From NCBI GenBank assembly GCA_964652625.1, contig CAZZEL010000001.1, positions 23,813 to 87,812 on the forward strand: 64,000 nucleotides of DNA. The letters are read 5' to 3'. The notes beneath the pieces were generated by a model. That model had not been told where the DNA came from, made no database searches, and worked only from the letters and a program-made list of their open reading frames with translations. Shown here in pieces: positions 26,575 through 36,200 of the stretch. Positions within the stretch are counted from its first letter, which is position 1. Every line of letters begins with the position of its first letter. The translations under genes and the position numbers were made by a program. This stretch comes from an uncultured Gemmatimonadaceae bacterium (lineage in GTDB: Bacteria > Gemmatimonadota > Gemmatimonadetes > Longimicrobiales > Gaopeijiaceae).

Positions 26575-28494
26575 ATGCACACTTCCAGACGCTGGACGCG
26601 GAGGCCGGGAAGCCTGACCCTGGCCCTGCCGGCATTGTTCCTCACGACCTGTCTGCAGGCCCTACCTGCTCAGGAGGTCCCCATCTCCTTCGATGACTTC
26701 CACGGCTTCGAGGGAGCGGTGGAGTACGTCCGGGAGGTGGCCGATGCCTATCCGGAGATCACCGAGCTCCTGGAGATCGGCCGGTCCACCATGGACCGTC
26801 CCATCCACGTGCTGGTGATCACGAACTCGGCCACGGGCACCACCCTGGACCGGCACGTTCCCCTCCGGAACATGCGCAAGGAAGGCGTGGACAACGTCCC
26901 TCCCATGCGATCCTACCAGGGGAAGCCCGGGATCTGGATCGACGGGGGGACCCACGGCAACGAGTACACCGGAACCGAGGTCACCCTCTACATCATCGAC
27001 AAGCTGGTGTCGGGCTACGGCTCCGACGAAGCCATCACCCGGCTGGTGGACGAGAACACCTTCTACATCTGTCCCATGGTGAACCCCGACGGTGTCTACA
27101 ACTCCGTGGACCGGGGCATCTCCCAGAGGCAGAACTCCATGCGCCGGGATGACGACGGGGACGGTCGGGTGAACGAGGACGGGCCCGACGACATGAACGG
27201 GGACGGGCTCATCACCACCTTCCGGTATCCGGATCCGGAGGGCCGGTACGTCCTGTCCCAGGAGGATCCCCGGATCATGGTCCGTCTGGACCGGGACGAG
27301 GAGACGGACCGGCAACGCTACTCCCTGGTCCGGGAGGACTCGGACGAGGACGGTGACGGGGAGTGGGGGGAGGATCCCATGCGGGGTATCGACGTGAACC
27401 GGAACTTCCCGGAAGGCTGGTTCACCGACGACAACTCCCAGGGCGGGAGCGGGGCCTACGCCGCCTCCTCCCCGGAGTCCCACACCATCCTGGAGTTCTT
27501 CAGCACCCACCGGAACATCCTCCTGGTCCAGTCCTTCCACACCTCCGGAGGCTTCACGTACCGTCCCTTCGCCCGCTGGCCGGACGAGGAGATCCCGGGC
27601 CCGGACCTCACCGTCTTCGATGACCTCATGGGCACGAAGTACAAGGAGCTGGTGGGAGAGCCGGACAACGCCGACCTCTGGCGGCACCCCTACCGTGACG
27701 ACCGGGGCAGGCCCTATGGCTTCGGGATCTTCATCGACTGGGCCTACGCCCAGTACGGGTCCTACGCCATGACCACGGAGCTGTGGAACTGGCGCCGGGA
27801 CACCCGGGGGCTTCCGGGCTACCAGGGTGAGGAGGATCGTGGGGCCTGGTATGCCGCCCTCCTGGCGTGGGAGAACCGGCCGTTCGACGAACGCATCTTC
27901 GTTCCCTGGGAGCCCTACGACCACGAGCAGCTGGGGGAGGGAGAGGTCGGAGGCTGGGTCTCCACCTACGTGGGGGGGAACGCCCTTCCCGGTGCCTCCC
28001 TTCGGCATGTGGCCGAGACCCACTGGCAGTTCGAGCTCTACAAGGCCGGGCTCCTGCCCCGGCTGGAGATCGACTCCGCCCGGGCGGAGGTTCTCTACCA
28101 CTCCTCCTCCGCGGCCCGGGCCCAGGCCTCGTCCCGGGGGAACACGGTCACCATCCGGCCCCAGGGGGGCCTGGGGGAGTACCGGGTGGTGAAGGTGACG
28201 GCCACCATCCGGAACACGGGCCCCCTGGCCACCCACCGGACCCAGGGTGACGACCTGGCCGGGAACCGGGAGGACGCCATCTGGCTCCTTGGAGACCGGG
28301 ACCGGGTGAAGTTCCTCCAGGGCCGTGCCTGGCAGGAGCTGGGCGTGTTGGCCGGCACCCTGGACGTCTATGAAGAAGGGGCCAACCAGCGCGCGGTGAG
28401 CTGGCTGGTGGCGGTGGAGGGGGAACCCTCCCTGAAGCTCGTCCTCACCTCCCAGAAGGGGGGGACGAAGGTCCGGGAACTCTCGGTGCGCTAG
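26575..28494 (+). CDS. Exported M14-family metallocarboxypeptidase (paralog a) with Asp-rich insert
   Basis: ATG at 26575. Signal peptide. Zn ligands in GGTHGNE, NPDG, DVNRNF, FHTSGG, and a catalytic-Glu context TTELW. The upstream part of track ORF 24820..28494 is antisense to the KamA gene. Confidence 0.85.
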   Translation: MHTSRRWTRRPGSLTLALPALFLTTCLQALPAQEVPISFDDFHGFEGAVEYVREVADAYPEITELLEIGRSTMDRPIHVLVITNSATGTTLDRHVPLRNMRKEGVDNVPPMRSYQGKPGIWIDGGTHGNEYTGTEVTLYIIDKLVSGYGSDEAITRLVDENTFYICPMVNPDGVYNSVDRGISQRQNSMRRDDDGDGRVNEDGPDDMNGDGLITTFRYPDPEGRYVLSQEDPRIMVRLDRDEETDRQRYSLVREDSDEDGDGEWGEDPMRGIDVNRNFPEGWFTDDNSQGGSGAYAASSPESHTILEFFSTHRNILLVQSFHTSGGFTYRPFARWPDEEIPGPDLTVFDDLMGTKYKELVGEPDNADLWRHPYRDDRGRPYGFGIFIDWAYAQYGSYAMTTELWNWRRDTRGLPGYQGEEDRGAWYAALLAWENRPFDERIFVPWEPYDHEQLGEGEVGGWVSTYVGGNALPGASLRHVAETHWQFELYKAGLLPRLEIDSARAEVLYHSSSAARAQASSRGNTVTIRPQGGLGEYRVVKVTATIRNTGPLATHRTQGDDLAGNREDAIWLLGDRDRVKFLQGRAWQELGVLAGTLDVYEEGANQRAVSWLVAVEGEPSLKLVLTSQKGGTKVRELSVR

Positions 28495-28508
28495 GATAGG
28501 AGGCCACC

Positions 28509-30404
28509 ATGTCTACCAAGCAGAAGATCATGCTCCTTCCGGTCTGCATCCTGGCTCTGGCCCTCCTGGGCCCGGCACCCGGGCTCTCCCAGGAGAAGCT
28601 CCAGGAAAGCCCAGGAGGGTATCACGGCGAGCAGGACTTCCCCATCAGCTGGAAACGCTACTACTCCTATGAGGAGTGGACGGGGATCATGCACGACCTG
28701 CAGGACCAGTACTCCCACCTGGCCGACATCCAGAGCATCGGCACGAGTCGGATGGGCCGGGAGCAGTATCTCCTCACCATCACGGCCAAGGACACGGGCC
28801 CCCACCAGGACAAGCCCGCCATGTGGGTGGACGGGGCCATCCATGGCAACGAGGTGAACGGCATCACCTGCTCCCTGTACCTGGCCTGGTACCTTCTCAC
28901 CCGCTACGACTACGACGAGTTCGTCCACGACCTGGTGAACTCCACCACCTTCTACATCCTTCCGGGCCTGAACGTGGACGCGAACCACTCCTACGTGGTC
29001 CACCCCAACACCCCGAACAACCCCCGGGAGACCTACCGTCCGGAGGACAACGACGGGGACGGGCTCTACGACGAGGACCGGACGGAGGACGTGGACGGCG
29101 ACGGAGAGCTCTCCTACATGTACGTGGAGGATCCGGAAGGCCCCCTGAAGCTCTCTCCCGACGGCCACCTCTTCGTGGAGGTGGCCGATGACCGGGAGCG
29201 GGTCCGGCGTTTCCGCAGCCTGGGACCGGAAGGGTTCGACAACGACGGGGACGGCCTCATCAACGAGGACGACATCGGGGGCCCGGACCCGAACCGGAAC
29301 TTCCCCTACGGCTGGAACCTGGACGCCGGGAATCCCTACCCCATGTCCGAGCCCGAGACCCGGAACGTCTTCGAGTTCCAGCGGGCCCACGACAACATCT
29401 TCGCCAGCTTCCACTACCACAACACCGGCCGCCTCATCATGATGCAGGCCCCTCCCCGAGCCACGGAGGAGGAGTTGACGGAGGCCCGGGGGGAGTACGG
29501 TTACTACTACCGGCGTCGGCAAATGTCCTACGAGGACAGCCTTGCGTTCCTCCGAGGCAAGAACAAGTACGCCCAGCTCTTCGAGCGGGAGGTGGCGCCC
29601 CAGTACCAGCACGACATGGACGTCCAGACGGCCATCGTCACCATGGGGGCCCAGATCCTGAAGGACTACGAGCCCGTGATCGGGGGACTCAGCGGACAGG
29701 CCCACGCCGCCACCTACTACATGCTGGGAGCCTACGCCTACCTCATGGAGCTGTGGGGCTCCCCGGCCTTCGCCGACATCGACGAGGACGGCCGGGTGAC
29801 GAACGAGGAGTACCTGCGCTGGATCGACCTGGAGCTTCACGGGGAGGGGTGGATCGATCCCCACCCGGTTCAGCATCCGGACCTGGGAGAGGTCTGGATC
29901 GGGGGCTCCCCGACGAAGCACATCCGCCGCACGCCCCCCTCCCGCTACGTGGAGATGGAGGCGCAGAAGAATGCGGATTTCGTGCTGTTCTCCGCCAGCG
30001 AGTTTCCCGAGGTGGCCTTCCATGACATCCAGGTCACCCCGGAGACGGGGAACCTCTACTGGGTGGACGTGGAGCTGGAGAACGACAAGCTCTACCCCAC
30101 GATCTCGGACCGGGAGATTCAACTGGAGACGGCGGTCATGGACCGGCTCATCTTCCGTTCCTCGAACAACGTGGAGCTCCTTCCCGTGCCCCAGGAGGAG
30201 ACCCGCTTCGACCCGGTGAACCCTGCGGCGTCCGCCGACGGGGTGGGGGAGGCACGTCACGAGTTCCGGCTCCGGGGCAAGGAGATCCGGACGTTCCGCT
30301 ACCTGGTGGAGATGTCGGGGAGCGGCGGCTGGGTGGAGTTCCAGGTGGAATCCAAGTTCGGCGGGAATCCCTCGGAGCGGGTGGAGCTCCGGGTCTCGAA
30401 TTGA
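28509..30404 (+). CDS. Exported M14-family metallocarboxypeptidase (paralog b) with Asp-rich insert
   Basis: GGAGG lies 5 nt before the ATG, 14 nt after the paralog a stop. Signal peptide. GAIHGNE, DPNRNF, YHNTG, LMELW. Confidence 0.85.
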   Translation: MSTKQKIMLLPVCILALALLGPAPGLSQEKLQESPGGYHGEQDFPISWKRYYSYEEWTGIMHDLQDQYSHLADIQSIGTSRMGREQYLLTITAKDTGPHQDKPAMWVDGAIHGNEVNGITCSLYLAWYLLTRYDYDEFVHDLVNSTTFYILPGLNVDANHSYVVHPNTPNNPRETYRPEDNDGDGLYDEDRTEDVDGDGELSYMYVEDPEGPLKLSPDGHLFVEVADDRERVRRFRSLGPEGFDNDGDGLINEDDIGGPDPNRNFPYGWNLDAGNPYPMSEPETRNVFEFQRAHDNIFASFHYHNTGRLIMMQAPPRATEEELTEARGEYGYYYRRRQMSYEDSLAFLRGKNKYAQLFEREVAPQYQHDMDVQTAIVTMGAQILKDYEPVIGGLSGQAHAATYYMLGAYAYLMELWGSPAFADIDEDGRVTNEEYLRWIDLELHGEGWIDPHPVQHPDLGEVWIGGSPTKHIRRTPPSRYVEMEAQKNADFVLFSASEFPEVAFHDIQVTPETGNLYWVDVELENDKLYPTISDREIQLETAVMDRLIFRSSNNVELLPVPQEETRFDPVNPAASADGVGEARHEFRLRGKEIRTFRYLVEMSGSGGWVEFQVESKFGGNPSERVELRVSN

Positions 30405-30431
30405 GGATGAGCCGAGGCTGAGGGCTCATCC
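30405..30431. terminator. Hairpin between convergent genes (candidate bidirectional terminator)
   Basis: GGATGAGCC - 9-nt loop - GGCTCATCC immediately after the M14b stop and 68 nt from the GT9 stop. No clear U-tract. Confidence 0.45.
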
Positions 30432-30498
30432 CGTCTCGTTCCAGGAGGGGTCGGCGCCGGTCCGGGACCGTTGCGACCGGTGGCCGGCCCTTCTTCCG

Positions 30499-31587
30499 TC
30501 AGCCCGTGTTTTCGTCCTCCTGGCCCAGCAGGTCCCGGACCGTGGCCATCACTTCTTCCACCGTGATCCTGCGGAGGCAGGGGAACTCCCCGTCGCAGGT
30601 GGGATTGCCCCGGCAGGGAGAGCACTCCAGCCAGTGAACCAGGACCCTCCCCTTCTCCGTCCGGGGATCCGTGTAGGGGATGTTCGAGCCGAAGATGGCG
30701 ATGGTGGGCCGCTCCAGCGCCATCCCCATGTGGGTCAGACCCGTGTCCACCCCGATGACCAGGTCCGCCGTCTCCAGAAGTGCGGCGGCCTGGGTGAGGG
30801 AGGTCTCCCCCACCAGGCTCCGGGGCTCCCCCCCGGTCATGGCCCGGATCCTCCTCTGGGCCTCCTGGTCTCCCGGCCCTCCCAGGATCACCGTGGGTAG
30901 CCCCCTCTCCCTCTCCAATTCCTCCATGAGGCGAGCCCACCGGTCTTCGAACCAGTGCTTCGAGGGGAGGGTCGTGAAGGGTACGCCCACGGCGTAGCCA
31001 CCGGAGAGCCCCAGGGCTCTCACCGCCGCCCGGGCGAAGGTCCGGTCCTCCTGGGTGAGGTGGACCTCCATCCGGAAGTCCTCCACCTCGAGGCCCAGCT
31101 CCTGAGCCAGGTACAGGTACTCCGAGGAGATCAGGGACGGATCACCCCCTTTCCGGTCCCGGTCCACCACCCGACTCATGAAGAGACCCGAACCCTCCTT
31201 GGACCGAAGCCCGATGCGGGTGGTGGCTCCGGAAAGGAAGGTCCAGATCCCGCTCCTCAGGAGCCCCTGGAGGTCAAGGGCCAGGTCGAACTTCCGGCTC
31301 CGGAGATCCCTCACCAGCCCCCGGGCCTCCCGGAACAGGGTTCCGAACCTCCGTTCCCGGAGCAGCGACCTCCACCGGGACCGGTCCCAGACCAGGACCT
31401 CGTCCAGCTCCGGGTGGTGCCGGATGAGCTCCGCCGTGTGAGCCTCCACCAGCCAGGCCAGGTGGGCCCGGGGATACGTTCTCCGCAGGGCGCCGACCAT
31501 GGGAGAGGAAAAGACGATGTCCCCCCGGGCGCTCAGGCGCACCAGGAGGATGGATCGGGGCTCTCGTTCCAGGAGGTTCGGCGTCAT
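30499..31587 (-). CDS. Glycosyltransferase family 9 (heptosyltransferase-like)
   Basis: N-terminal ILLVRLSARGDIV, C-terminal VIGVDTGLTHMGMAL, 362 aa, typical GT9 layout. Confidence 0.85.
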   Translation of the reverse strand: MTPNLLEREPRSILLVRLSARGDIVFSSPMVGALRRTYPRAHLAWLVEAHTAELIRHHPELDEVLVWDRSRWRSLLRERRFGTLFREARGLVRDLRSRKFDLALDLQGLLRSGIWTFLSGATTRIGLRSKEGSGLFMSRVVDRDRKGGDPSLISSEYLYLAQELGLEVEDFRMEVHLTQEDRTFARAAVRALGLSGGYAVGVPFTTLPSKHWFEDRWARLMEELERERGLPTVILGGPGDQEAQRRIRAMTGGEPRSLVGETSLTQAAALLETADLVIGVDTGLTHMGMALERPTIAIFGSNIPYTDPRTEKGRVLVHWLECSPCRGNPTCDGEFPCLRRITVEEVMATVRDLLGQEDENTG

Positions 31588-31713
31588 TCGTCAATCTCGC
31601 GGGACCCGGGGACCCGGGAGGTTAGATCCGGGTCCACAGTGGCGCAACGAGCCCCGCACCGGGTACCATGGCCGGGAGAGGAGATCCCTCGACCCGACAC
31701 GGCAGGGAACGGC

Positions 31714-32667
31714 ATGGTCCCCAGCAGCACCTCCCATGACACGGGCATTCACCGTCGCGCCTTCGTCATGGGATGCTCCCGGTCCGGCACCACCCTCCTT
31801 CAGGGCCTCCTGGCCGGGCACTCCCGGGTTCACACCTTTCCCGAGACCGGTGTGTTTCTCCGGGCTCTGGGAATGCGGGGCCGCCTCCTCCCCTGGGCCC
31901 GTCTGGGTCTGACCCTGGGGAAGGAGAGGAAGGCCCTCCGCCGACTGGCGAAGGGAGAGGCCGAAGCGGGGCACGTCCCCCCTCCCCTTCCTCCCAGACG
32001 CTGGATCCTCTCCCGATCTCTGGCGGACGCGGTGGCCTATCTGGACGCCTTGGCCCTCCAGCGCGGCGCCGACGTCTGGCTGGAGAAGACCCCCCGGCAC
32101 GTCCTCCATGCCGCGCGAATCGGCCGGATCGTTCCCCGCTCCCTCTGTCTCCACATGGTGAGGGACGGGAGGGCCGTGGTGGCCTCCATGGTGGACCGGG
32201 CCCGGCGCTATCCCCAGCGTTTCCCCCGCCAGGCGGATCCGGCCTACGGAATCCGGCAATGGAACCGGTCCATGCGGGCCACCCGGGAGGCCATGGAGGA
32301 GCCCGGCCACGTGGTGGTCCTCTACCAGGGGTTGGCCGCCCATCCGGAAGCCACCCTCCGAAGCCTGGTACGACTCCTGGATCTGCCCTTCGAGGCCCGG
32401 ATGCTGGAGGAGGCTCACAGCCGGGACGTCCCCACCTTCCCGGGAACGGACGAACCGTGGAAGTCCGGGGCCCGAAGACCGGTGCGCCCCGCACCCTCAA
32501 AGGCCCACCGGGTGCTGGGCCCCGACGGTGGGGAAGACGTGGAGGAAAAGCTGGACCGGAGCTTCTACCGGCAGTTGGAGGAGGCCCTGGCCACCGCCCC
32601 CGGTGCCGTGTGGCTCTCCGGTGCCGGGGGCGGCGGGGTCGTTTCTTTCCGGAGCCCGTCAGTTTAG
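31714..32667 (+). CDS. Sulfotransferase-family protein
   Basis: ATG at 31714. PAPS 5'-phosphosulfate-binding loop GCSRSGTTLL and 3'-phosphate motif VRDGRAVVASM. The upstream part of the track ORF is antisense to the GT9 gene. Confidence 0.7.
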   Translation: MVPSSTSHDTGIHRRAFVMGCSRSGTTLLQGLLAGHSRVHTFPETGVFLRALGMRGRLLPWARLGLTLGKERKALRRLAKGEAEAGHVPPPLPPRRWILSRSLADAVAYLDALALQRGADVWLEKTPRHVLHAARIGRIVPRSLCLHMVRDGRAVVASMVDRARRYPQRFPRQADPAYGIRQWNRSMRATREAMEEPGHVVVLYQGLAAHPEATLRSLVRLLDLPFEARMLEEAHSRDVPTFPGTDEPWKSGARRPVRPAPSKAHRVLGPDGGEDVEEKLDRSFYRQLEEALATAPGAVWLSGAGGGGVVSFRSPSV

Positions 32668-34197
32668 CGGCTGTTCCATTCTCCAGATGGGGTAACGAGC
32701 CCCCACGGTGAGGAGGTCGAACTCCGGCCGGGGCGCCAGCCCCCACTGGGAGTGGGGCTCCAGAAGGGTCACGATGAGGTCCGACTGGATCTGGTCGCAG
32801 AAGACCAGGAAATGCTCCGCTGGGACGGCTCCGGGCTCGACGCTCAGGGCGACGTCCACAGCCAGGAAATCCTTGTCCTCCTTCTCCGTCTCCTCCATGT
32901 CCAGGATCCGGTAGGACCCCAGCATGGCCTGGCGGGCGTCTTCCGCCGGAATCGCCTCGATGCCGTGCCGTTCCAGGACACCCAGGACGTCCGTGAGCTC
33001 CGCCGGGACCACGTACCCCTCGGGCCGTTCCACCCAGACCGTGGCCTGCACCACCGGGGCGAAGTTCTCCACCACCAGGGAGTCCGGCTCCCCCGTCTCC
33101 AGGTCCATGACCCCCACGGTCACCGTGGGCTCCGAGGGGTCCGGGACGTAGTCCATGACCACGGCCACCGAATCCGGCGCCGCCGGGCCCCGGAGCTTCG
33201 CCCGTTCCCGGGCCACCAGCTCCCGGGCCTCCTGGGCATTCTCGCTGAAGAAGGTGAGAAAGGCCTTCATGGTCTCCAGCTGCTGCCGGGTCCGCTCCCG
33301 GATGTTCTCCTCCACGGTGAGGCCGTTCTGGCCCTCGATGAGGAAGGACAGGGTGTTGTAGATGCCCAGGCTGTTCCGGCCGTCGTTCAGGGCCGTGGTG
33401 CTGTAGCGGAACCGCTCCGCGGGACCGCCGGTCACCAGGTAGCGCCGCAGGCGGACGTCCCGCTCCACCAACCCGTCCCGCATCCGGGGAATCACCCGGT
33501 CCCAGGCGTAGGACCGAAGCTCCAGGGAGATGTTCGAGTTGGAGATGGCGCCGATCTGTTGCCCGAAGTTCTTCCGGATTCCGGTGTCCACCCAGCTGCT
33601 GGACGTGATTCCGTACTCGTGCACGTCCAGGGTCACGTGGGGCATGAGCTCGTTGAAGACCTGGTGTACCGCCGTCACCTCCGGCGTTGTGAGAGTGAGG
33701 TGATCCCGGTTCAGGTCCTTGTCGTTGGCGTTTCGTCGCTGACGCATCTCCGATCCGTCCGGATTCACCTGGGGGATCAGGTAGAGATCCACGTTCCGGA
33801 GAACCTGGCTGAACTCCCCGGTGGCCAGGTCCCGGGCCAGGGCGATGCTGGCTTCCTTGCCCGAGGGCTCGTCGCCGTGCTGCTGGGCGAAGATCAGGAC
33901 CTGGACCTTCTCCTGGCCGGGCGCCTGAGCCTCGTCGGGCCCGTTGAAGTGCAGAAGCACCAGGCTGCGTCCCTCCACGGACTGTCCGATGGTGTCCATG
34001 GTGAAGGCCTGGGTGCCGTTCTGGAGACCGGTGAGAAAGGAGAGCATGTCCTCGTGGGAGGTGAGGGTATCCCCGGTTGCCTCCTCCAGGGGTGTGGTGT
34101 ACGTGCCGGCATCCGGCGCACACCCCGATCCGACGGCGAAAACGCTCAAAAGGAGAAACAGGCGAAGAAACCGGGTCTGGTCGTCCGTGGTCTTCAT
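32659..34197 (-). CDS. M14-family zinc carboxypeptidase (paralog c), probable lipoprotein
   Basis: ATG at 34197 (or GTG 34209). Lipobox-like FAVGSGC. AQQHGDE, NPDG, DLNRDH, DVHEYG. Confidence 0.85.
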   Translation of the reverse strand: MKTTDDQTRFLRLFLLLSVFAVGSGCAPDAGTYTTPLEEATGDTLTSHEDMLSFLTGLQNGTQAFTMDTIGQSVEGRSLVLLHFNGPDEAQAPGQEKVQVLIFAQQHGDEPSGKEASIALARDLATGEFSQVLRNVDLYLIPQVNPDGSEMRQRRNANDKDLNRDHLTLTTPEVTAVHQVFNELMPHVTLDVHEYGITSSSWVDTGIRKNFGQQIGAISNSNISLELRSYAWDRVIPRMRDGLVERDVRLRRYLVTGGPAERFRYSTTALNDGRNSLGIYNTLSFLIEGQNGLTVEENIRERTRQQLETMKAFLTFFSENAQEARELVARERAKLRGPAAPDSVAVVMDYVPDPSEPTVTVGVMDLETGEPDSLVVENFAPVVQATVWVERPEGYVVPAELTDVLGVLERHGIEAIPAEDARQAMLGSYRILDMEETEKEDKDFLAVDVALSVEPGAVPAEHFLVFCDQIQSDLIVTLLEPHSQWGLAPRPEFDLLTVGARYPIWRMEQPLN

Positions 34198-34468
34198 CGT
34201 GTAGGGCACTCCATCGTTTGGGGCACTCCCTCGTGGTCAGGTTCTGGAACGATCGGTGGCGTCCGCCGATCCCTCCGTACTCCTCGATCCTGGTCTGTCA
34301 CCATCGTCCACCGCATTCAGTATTATGGTCCGGCCTCCCGACCGTCCAGCCGTGGCCGGGACTCCCGCCCCCGGGGAACGAGTTGCGACCCGGAAGTCCG
34401 GAGCCTAGGATCCGGCGTTCGAGGAAGGATCCGGCATCCGGCCGGGCTCACACCAACCCACGTTCGCC

Positions 34469-36157
34469 ATGCGGAAGACTCTCTCGCGCCAGCTGTTGTT
34501 CCCCAGGAGCCTCGCCCTTCTCATGGGCCTTCTCCTTCTCTTTCTCTCGTCGGCCGCAGCCGTCCCTGCGTCGGCCCAGGACGGCTGGCTTCCCCCGGCC
34601 CCGGGGTTCCCCCAAACGCCCTCCGAGATCTCGGGCTTCGAAAGCTACACGAACCACCAGGAGATGTGGGACTACCTGGAGGCTCTGAAGGGCGCCACCA
34701 CGGAGATGCGTCTCGGGGTCTACGGGGAGAGCTGGGAAGGGCGGGATCTTCCCTACGCCATCTTCAGCCGGCCCCTGGTGAGCGAGCCCTGGGAGGCCTG
34801 GGCCCTGGGTCGGCCCATCGTGCTGCTGGCCGCCAACGTCCACGGAGGTGAGCGGACCTTCCGTGAGGGGCTCCTTATCCTCATGCGGGACCTGGCCACC
34901 CCCGGGACCCGGGCCAACGACCTCCTGGACCAGGTCACGGTCCTGGTGGCGCCCCAGCTCAATCCCGACGGCTTCGAGGCCTCGGAGCGGGGCACCCGGG
35001 GGAACGCCTGGGGCATCGACCTCAACCGGGACTACGTGAAGCTGGAGCAGCCGGCCCTGGCGGCCTACGTCAGCAACCTCATGGCCCGGTGGCGCCCCCA
35101 CATGTTCGTGGACGCCCACAACGGCGGATCCCGTCCCTACAACCTCTGCTACCAGTGTCCCAGCCACTACGACCCGGCCCGGGAGCTCACCCACCTCTGC
35201 GACCGGGAGATCTTCCCCCTCATCGACGCCCGTCTCGAGGCCGAGGGACTCCGCTCCTTCTACTATCCGGGAGGGGACGAAGAGGCCTGGCGCTCCGGAG
35301 GGTACCAGGCCCGGATCGGTCGAAACTACGGCGGTTTCGTCAACGCCGTGGGGGTCCTCTTCGAGGCACCCCGACAGGAGCTGGAGGCCGGGGCCCGGGC
35401 CGGCTACCTGGGGAACCTGGCGGTGGTGGAGTACGCCGCCCGGAGCCCGGAGCGGCTGCTGGACGCGGTGGACGAGGCCCGCAGGGAGACCATGGCCATG
35501 GGGGCCGAACCCCGGGGTGAGATCGCCGTGGAGATGGAGTACGCCCCGGAGGACTACCTGGTCGACTACACCATCATCACCGGGGGCCGTCGGGGGGACG
35601 AGCCCGAAGAGCCCGTGGACACCATCGAGGTCGTCGGCGCCCAGCACATCAAGCGGCCCGTGGCCACCAGGACCCGGCCCCGGCCCTGGGCCTACGTCCT
35701 GCCCCGGGACGCCGTGGATGCCGTGGACCTCCTCCGTCGCCACGGAATCGCCGTGGAGGTCATGACCCGTTCCTCGGACAGCCTGGACATCAGCGCCTAT
35801 ACCGTGGCCGACGTCTCCCACGAGCGAGCCTACAATCACGCCGCCGCCACCCGGGTGGAGATCGGCGAGACCCTCACCGTGAGGCGGAGCTTTCCGGAAG
35901 GGACGTACGTGGTTCCCACGGCCCAGTTCCTCGGCCGCCTGGTGACCCACATGCTGGAGCCGGAGACCGACGACAACGTCGTCTACTGGAACACCATGGA
36001 CGCCTGGCTCCCCCGGCCCCGGGATCCGGCGGAGGAAGAAGAGGAAGAGGAACGACGGTGGCGCCGCCGCGAGGCACAGGGGCCGCCCCTGGTTCCCATC
36101 TACAAGCTCATGGAGCCCGTTCCCCTGGCCACCCGGCTGGTGGCGAAGAAGCCGTAG
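34469..36157 (+). CDS. Exported M14-family zinc carboxypeptidase (paralog d)
   Basis: Signal peptide ...VPASAQD. ANVHGGE, NPDG, DLNRDY, DAHNGG. C-terminal Glu-rich tail. Confidence 0.85.
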   Translation: MRKTLSRQLLFPRSLALLMGLLLLFLSSAAAVPASAQDGWLPPAPGFPQTPSEISGFESYTNHQEMWDYLEALKGATTEMRLGVYGESWEGRDLPYAIFSRPLVSEPWEAWALGRPIVLLAANVHGGERTFREGLLILMRDLATPGTRANDLLDQVTVLVAPQLNPDGFEASERGTRGNAWGIDLNRDYVKLEQPALAAYVSNLMARWRPHMFVDAHNGGSRPYNLCYQCPSHYDPARELTHLCDREIFPLIDARLEAEGLRSFYYPGGDEEAWRSGGYQARIGRNYGGFVNAVGVLFEAPRQELEAGARAGYLGNLAVVEYAARSPERLLDAVDEARRETMAMGAEPRGEIAVEMEYAPEDYLVDYTIITGGRRGDEPEEPVDTIEVVGAQHIKRPVATRTRPRPWAYVLPRDAVDAVDLLRRHGIAVEVMTRSSDSLDISAYTVADVSHERAYNHAAATRVEIGETLTVRRSFPEGTYVVPTAQFLGRLVTHMLEPETDDNVVYWNTMDAWLPRPRDPAEEEEEEERRWRRREAQGPPLVPIYKLMEPVPLATRLVAKKP

Positions 36158-36200
36158 GGGACCGCCCTCCTCCTTCCGACCCCGAACCTGGAGACGGGAC

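Noticed and set aside
31766-34123. 785-aa minus-strand ORF spanning the sulfotransferase and M14c genes
   Set aside because: It has extreme Arg/Gly/Pro composition and no domain. It overlaps two well-supported genes in other frames or strands.
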